A stretch of 64,000 nt of DNA, from the NCBI GenBank assembly GCA_963807605.1, contig CAWECG010000001.1, positions 535,410 through 599,409 on the forward strand, written 5' to 3'. Within the stretch, counting starts at the first letter, position 1. Every line of letters starts with the position of its first letter. A program made the translations under genes and the position numbers. Below, piece by piece: positions 60,857 through 64,000 of this stretch. This DNA is from Candidatus Bathyarchaeota archaeon. Lineage in GTDB: Archaea; Thermoproteota; Bathyarchaeia; 40CM-2-53-6; RBG-13-38-9. Under the pieces are notes generated by a model. It was not told the origin of the DNA. It made no database searches and saw only the letters and a program-made list of their open reading frames with translations.

Positions 60857-61549
60857 TCAGCTTATCCAGTAACCGATAATGGTTACAATGATCCGGTAAC
60901 CCGCCTTTACACTACCTATTAGGGATCCCGAGATCTTAGATCTTCCAATTCTTTTTCTATAGCTGACATCGACTTCGAGTATACGCATGTTGGACTGCAA
61001 GGCTTTGATCATCATCTCGACATTCCACCCGTATGTCCGATCCTTCATACCCAACGTCTGGAGACTTTCCCACGTAATAGCTCTGAAGGGACCCAGATCG
61101 GCGAAAGAACGCCCGTAGAAGCGCTTGAGAAGACTGAGCGCAAGCCTATTTCCCAACTTGGCATGGACAGGCATAGCACCTTGCTCCATCTTAGAAGAAA
61201 CACGGCGACCAATCACCAAGTCAGCGTCACCCTTCAAGAGTGGCCTTACAAGCTCACCAATCTCCCCTGCGTCACTACTGTGATCTCCATCCATGAAGAC
61301 CACTATCTCAGGCCGGATAGTCTCAAGAAATCGCATGGCTGCCAAACAAGCGTTGCCATAGCCTCTTCTCGGTTCAGACAAAACTTCGGCATTATGGGCT
61401 TTGGCTACCTGGGAGGTATCATCAGTGCTCCCATTGTCAACGACAATCACTTCATCGATTAACTCACCCGGAACTTCATCCAGAACTCCGCCTATAGCAG
61501 AGGCCTCGTTAAGCACAGGGATCACCAGACAGATCCTCGGTCTCGGCAA
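60857..61549 (-). CDS. GT2 family glycosyltransferase
   Basis: VIPVLNE, VVDNGSTD, GYG, FMDGD, DLGPFRAI, SKISG; likely TTG start at 61549. Confidence 0.92.
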   Translation of the reverse strand: MPRPRICLVIPVLNEASAIGGVLDEVPGELIDEVIVVDNGSTDDTSQVAKAHNAEVLSEPRRGYGNACLAAMRFLETIRPEIVVFMDGDHSSDAGEIGELVRPLLKGDADLVIGRRVSSKMEQGAMPVHAKLGNRLALSLLKRFYGRSFADLGPFRAITWESLQTLGMKDRTYGWNVEMMIKALQSNMRILEVDVSYRKRIGRSKISGSLIGSVKAGYRIIVTIIGYWIS

Positions 61550-61620
61550 AGGGAGGACACCTCTTCTCCTATCTCTTAGGAGACCTTCACTATTTGAACT
61601 AGGTGTGCATTCTAAGTCCA

Positions 61621-62944
61621 GTGACATCCTCCCACGGCTAAAGTCGTGGGCTTCCCGCTTCAACATCTTTGCTTACCATTCTTCTTAGGGATGGCAGAGG
61701 CTTGGACTCTACGGGCGTATTCACCCACCGTCCGTGGGCATAGTCGGGTTTGAAGCCCGACAGACCAATCTTCTTAATTAGTTTAGCTGAATTCTCATCT
61801 CTTGAAATCGACTCACCGCAATTCGGGCATATATGATCTCTCTCACTCAGGTCTTTCGGCACCCATGATAGGCAGTTGTGACAGAATTGTGTGGTACCCC
61901 ATGGATCGATTGGTATGAACCATTTGCCGAGTAGGTTGGCTTTGAAATGGGTTTTCCGTATGAATGTTCCTGGTGAGGCGTCTTGAATGCTTTTGGCTAG
62001 GTGGTGGTTTCTCATCATGTTGATTACAGACAGTTTCTCCAAGAATAGGATATCAGTGGTTTTGTACAGTGTTGCTAGTGTCTTGTTTTGGTGGTCGTCT
62101 CTCTGACATGTCACATGATGGTGTTGCTTTGCCAGTCTCAAAGCCAATTTTCTCTTATTTCTTGAGCCCTTCTTTGCTCTTGACATTACTCGCTGCAGCC
62201 TCTTGATCTTTTCCTCAGACTTTCTCAGAAACTTTGGTGGCTCCGTCGTGGTTGCATCTGAAAGCGTTAGGAACTTAATCAGCCCCATGTCTCCACCTTT
62301 GATCCGCTCACCTGGAATCTGCGTGATGGGGGTCTTCTTCTGATCTGGAATTTTGCAGGCGAATACCACATACCACTGTCCAGCATTGTACTTCACAGTC
62401 AAGGTCTTGACTTCACCTTCCATCGGCCTATGCATGAAGATTCGGATATGTCCTATCCCCGAGAGGTACAGTTTATTATTGCACAACTTGAAGCCTGATT
62501 GTGGATAGGTGAAGGAGAGGTACTTCCTCGGATGTTTCTGCTTGGGGAATCTTGCTCTACCCTCAAAGTAGTTCTTGAATGATCTCGCAAGCCTTGTGGC
62601 AACGCTCTGGACAACCTGACTATGTATTCCCCGAAGATTCTCGTCTTCTCGTCTAAACTCTAGCGCCTTCAGCCTCAAGTCGGTTCTGCTCAGGCTGACA
62701 TGCTCCTGTTTCCAAGTACCGATCTTCAGGTCCCTAAGTTTATTGTATAGCTCACACAATGTGGGTAGGTGGCTTTTCATCAGCCTTCCCTGCCACGCTT
62801 TAGGGTATATACGGTACTTGTAGGCTAGAAGCATTTCAGCACCTCACAAACATATGTTGGCCTAAAAATTTAAACATCTGGCATCTCATTCTGGAATGCA
62901 ATTCATCCCACAGCTAAAGCCGTGGGTTTTCTTGCGCATTTTCT
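61621..62944 (-). mobile_element. IS200/IS605-family element, TnpB-only (IS1341-like)
   Basis: Left-end hairpin CCCACGGCTTTAGCTGTGGG (~62907-62926), right-end hairpin CCCACGACTTTAGCCGTGGGAGGATGTCAC ending at 61621; TTTAT upstream of the left end; no tnpA. Confidence 0.88.
61638..62834 (-). CDS. tnpB: TnpB RNA-guided endonuclease
   Basis: AYKYRIYP; RuvC D (GDMGL), E (LEKL), D (RDENS) intact; CHNC/CPNC zinc finger. Confidence 0.93.
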   Translation of the reverse strand: MLLAYKYRIYPKAWQGRLMKSHLPTLCELYNKLRDLKIGTWKQEHVSLSRTDLRLKALEFRREDENLRGIHSQVVQSVATRLARSFKNYFEGRARFPKQKHPRKYLSFTYPQSGFKLCNNKLYLSGIGHIRIFMHRPMEGEVKTLTVKYNAGQWYVVFACKIPDQKKTPITQIPGERIKGGDMGLIKFLTLSDATTTEPPKFLRKSEEKIKRLQRVMSRAKKGSRNKRKLALRLAKQHHHVTCQRDDHQNKTLATLYKTTDILFLEKLSVINMMRNHHLAKSIQDASPGTFIRKTHFKANLLGKWFIPIDPWGTTQFCHNCLSWVPKDLSERDHICPNCGESISRDENSAKLIKKIGLSGFKPDYAHGRWVNTPVESKPLPSLRRMVSKDVEAGSPRL

Positions 62945-62974
62945 ATAAATCTTTGACACGGTTGCAACGATTTG

Positions 62975-63101
62975 GTCGTGAATTGCCCGAACTAGTACTG
63001 TGCGACTATACTCGAATCTACTTTCGAAGAATAGAAGAGCGAATTAGATTTAAAAAAGGTGAGCGGGAAATCCCCCACCCTTTAGGGGTGGGTAAGTTCA
63101 C
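62975..63101 (+). mobile_element. Orphan IS200/IS605 right end / omegaRNA-like remnant
   Basis: GGAAATCCCCCACCCTTTAGGGGTGGGTAAGTTCAC right-end hairpin with TCAC terminus; upstream reads GRELPE like a TnpB tail. Confidence 0.65.
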
Positions 63102-63223
63102 TGAGATCAGCTTCAACGGTTTGCGCGGGGTGTCAGTGGGCGCAGCCTAACCCCGAATTTCCATGAGCCGAGTCGTAGAAACATATCTTTCGGACCTATG
63201 AAGTGCGTCAGGTTCGATGTGTA

Positions 63224-63952
63224 TCAGAGTTTCTTCAGCTTCTTAAGTGCCCCCCGAGTGTGAGGGGCTAGGGCAGAATTCTGGGAGAGTTCCTCTCTCA
63301 AGGTCTCCAGATCTTTGGGGGCATCTATATCATAGTGAATACTCGTCTTGAATAGTTGTGTGTGCAGTTCACGTGCTTTGTTCTCTAGTGTTGAGAGTGA
63401 GACATCACGCTCGTCTCTTTTTTGGAATACGCCTTTGAAATTGAAGGATGTTCCTTTTCGGAGGCCTATCAAGTATATGCCTCCGTCAATTCCTGGTCCA
63501 ACAACAGCTATTTCTTTGTCGGAGTTTCGTGTGGTGCACAGTAATCTGAAGGCCTCATCGAGATGCTCTTCCCTCAATGTAGGCGAATCGCCGCCTATGA
63601 TCACGACGGCTTCATAACCCAGTTCAAATGCACTGCTGAAAGCGTCATTTATTCTATCATCAAATGTTTCCCCTTTCTGAAGATGAAAATCTGCAACCAT
63701 CAACTGCGGTCGCAGATTCTTAACAATCTCAGCGACCCTGTCTAAACCCTCTTGCGGCGTATAGGAGATGATAAGATCAGAAGACTTACTCGAAATGTAT
63801 CGCCCTACAGTCTCAAGGACGTCGCTGAGAAAAGCTTCATAGATCATCGTGGCTTGGTTGGTATCCAGAACCCCGCCTCGTACCAACCTAGTCTTAACCT
63901 GATTAGGTAGAGGAGCCTTGGTGAAGACTATTATGCAATTCACGGATTTCAT
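63224..63952 (-). CDS. DUF2064/CofC-like nucleotidyl/glycosyltransferase
   Basis: FTKAP..VKTRL, Q.G, IGGDSP, GPGIDGG.YLIG, YDID...DL. Confidence 0.88.
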   Translation of the reverse strand: MKSVNCIIVFTKAPLPNQVKTRLVRGGVLDTNQATMIYEAFLSDVLETVGRYISSKSSDLIISYTPQEGLDRVAEIVKNLRPQLMVADFHLQKGETFDDRINDAFSSAFELGYEAVVIIGGDSPTLREEHLDEAFRLLCTTRNSDKEIAVVGPGIDGGIYLIGLRKGTSFNFKGVFQKRDERDVSLSTLENKARELHTQLFKTSIHYDIDAPKDLETLREELSQNSALAPHTRGALKKLKKL

Positions 63953-64000
63953 TCTGAGCCTCTCTACTTAGTGAATACTCAAGGACAACTTCCTTTCAAG

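Noticed and set aside
61549-61666. GT2 gene disrupted or N-terminally extended by the TnpB element
   Set aside because: The extension reads through the IS right end; the GT2 domain starts intact downstream
63125-63155. GC-rich hairpin CGGGGT..ACCCCG as an ncRNA
   Set aside because: Single stem with no recognisable family signature
1-64000. CRISPR array or cas genes
   Set aside because: No regularly spaced 25-40-bp repeats with unique spacers; the (GC)n motifs are short and irregularly spaced; no Cas motifs seen

Overview
Archaeal chromosomal window, most likely TACK/Bathyarchaeia-like. This is inferred from the archaeal A/V-ATPase, PAC2 chaperone, ADP-forming acyl-CoA synthetase and a tRNA-Ala(CGC) carrying two BHB introns. 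The left part (1-27 kb) is largely housekeeping: membrane glycosyltransferases, ppsA, cyclophilin, a split and convergent A/V-type ATPase cluster, acyl-CoA enzymes, riboflavin-pathway-like genes and a divergent TrpD paralogue. From the tRNA (27.2 kb) to about 57 kb lies an accessory patchwork of single genes and gene fragments. It includes a transposase-less 3.5-kb cargo element with long TIRs and a target duplication, an IS1182/IS5-like IS, and a Ku-LigD NHEJ operon. The right end holds proteostasis genes and a TnpB-only IS200/IS605 element plus a second orphan omegaRNA-like end. The most striking signal is not a gene. At least 21 runs of >=8 alternating C/G (core GCGCGCGC, often TAGCGCGCGCTA) occur only between genes or at gene ends. 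They sit exactly at the break points of truncated genes (aqpZ, pepC, a mannosyltransferase paralogue), supply the TAG stop of several genes, bracket the NHEJ operon, and reconstruct as the IS insertion site. This suggests a (GC)n-scar-forming rearrangement or gene-capture process. Several single-base frameshifts may be sequencing artefacts. All product calls come from motif recognition by eye; no searches were run.
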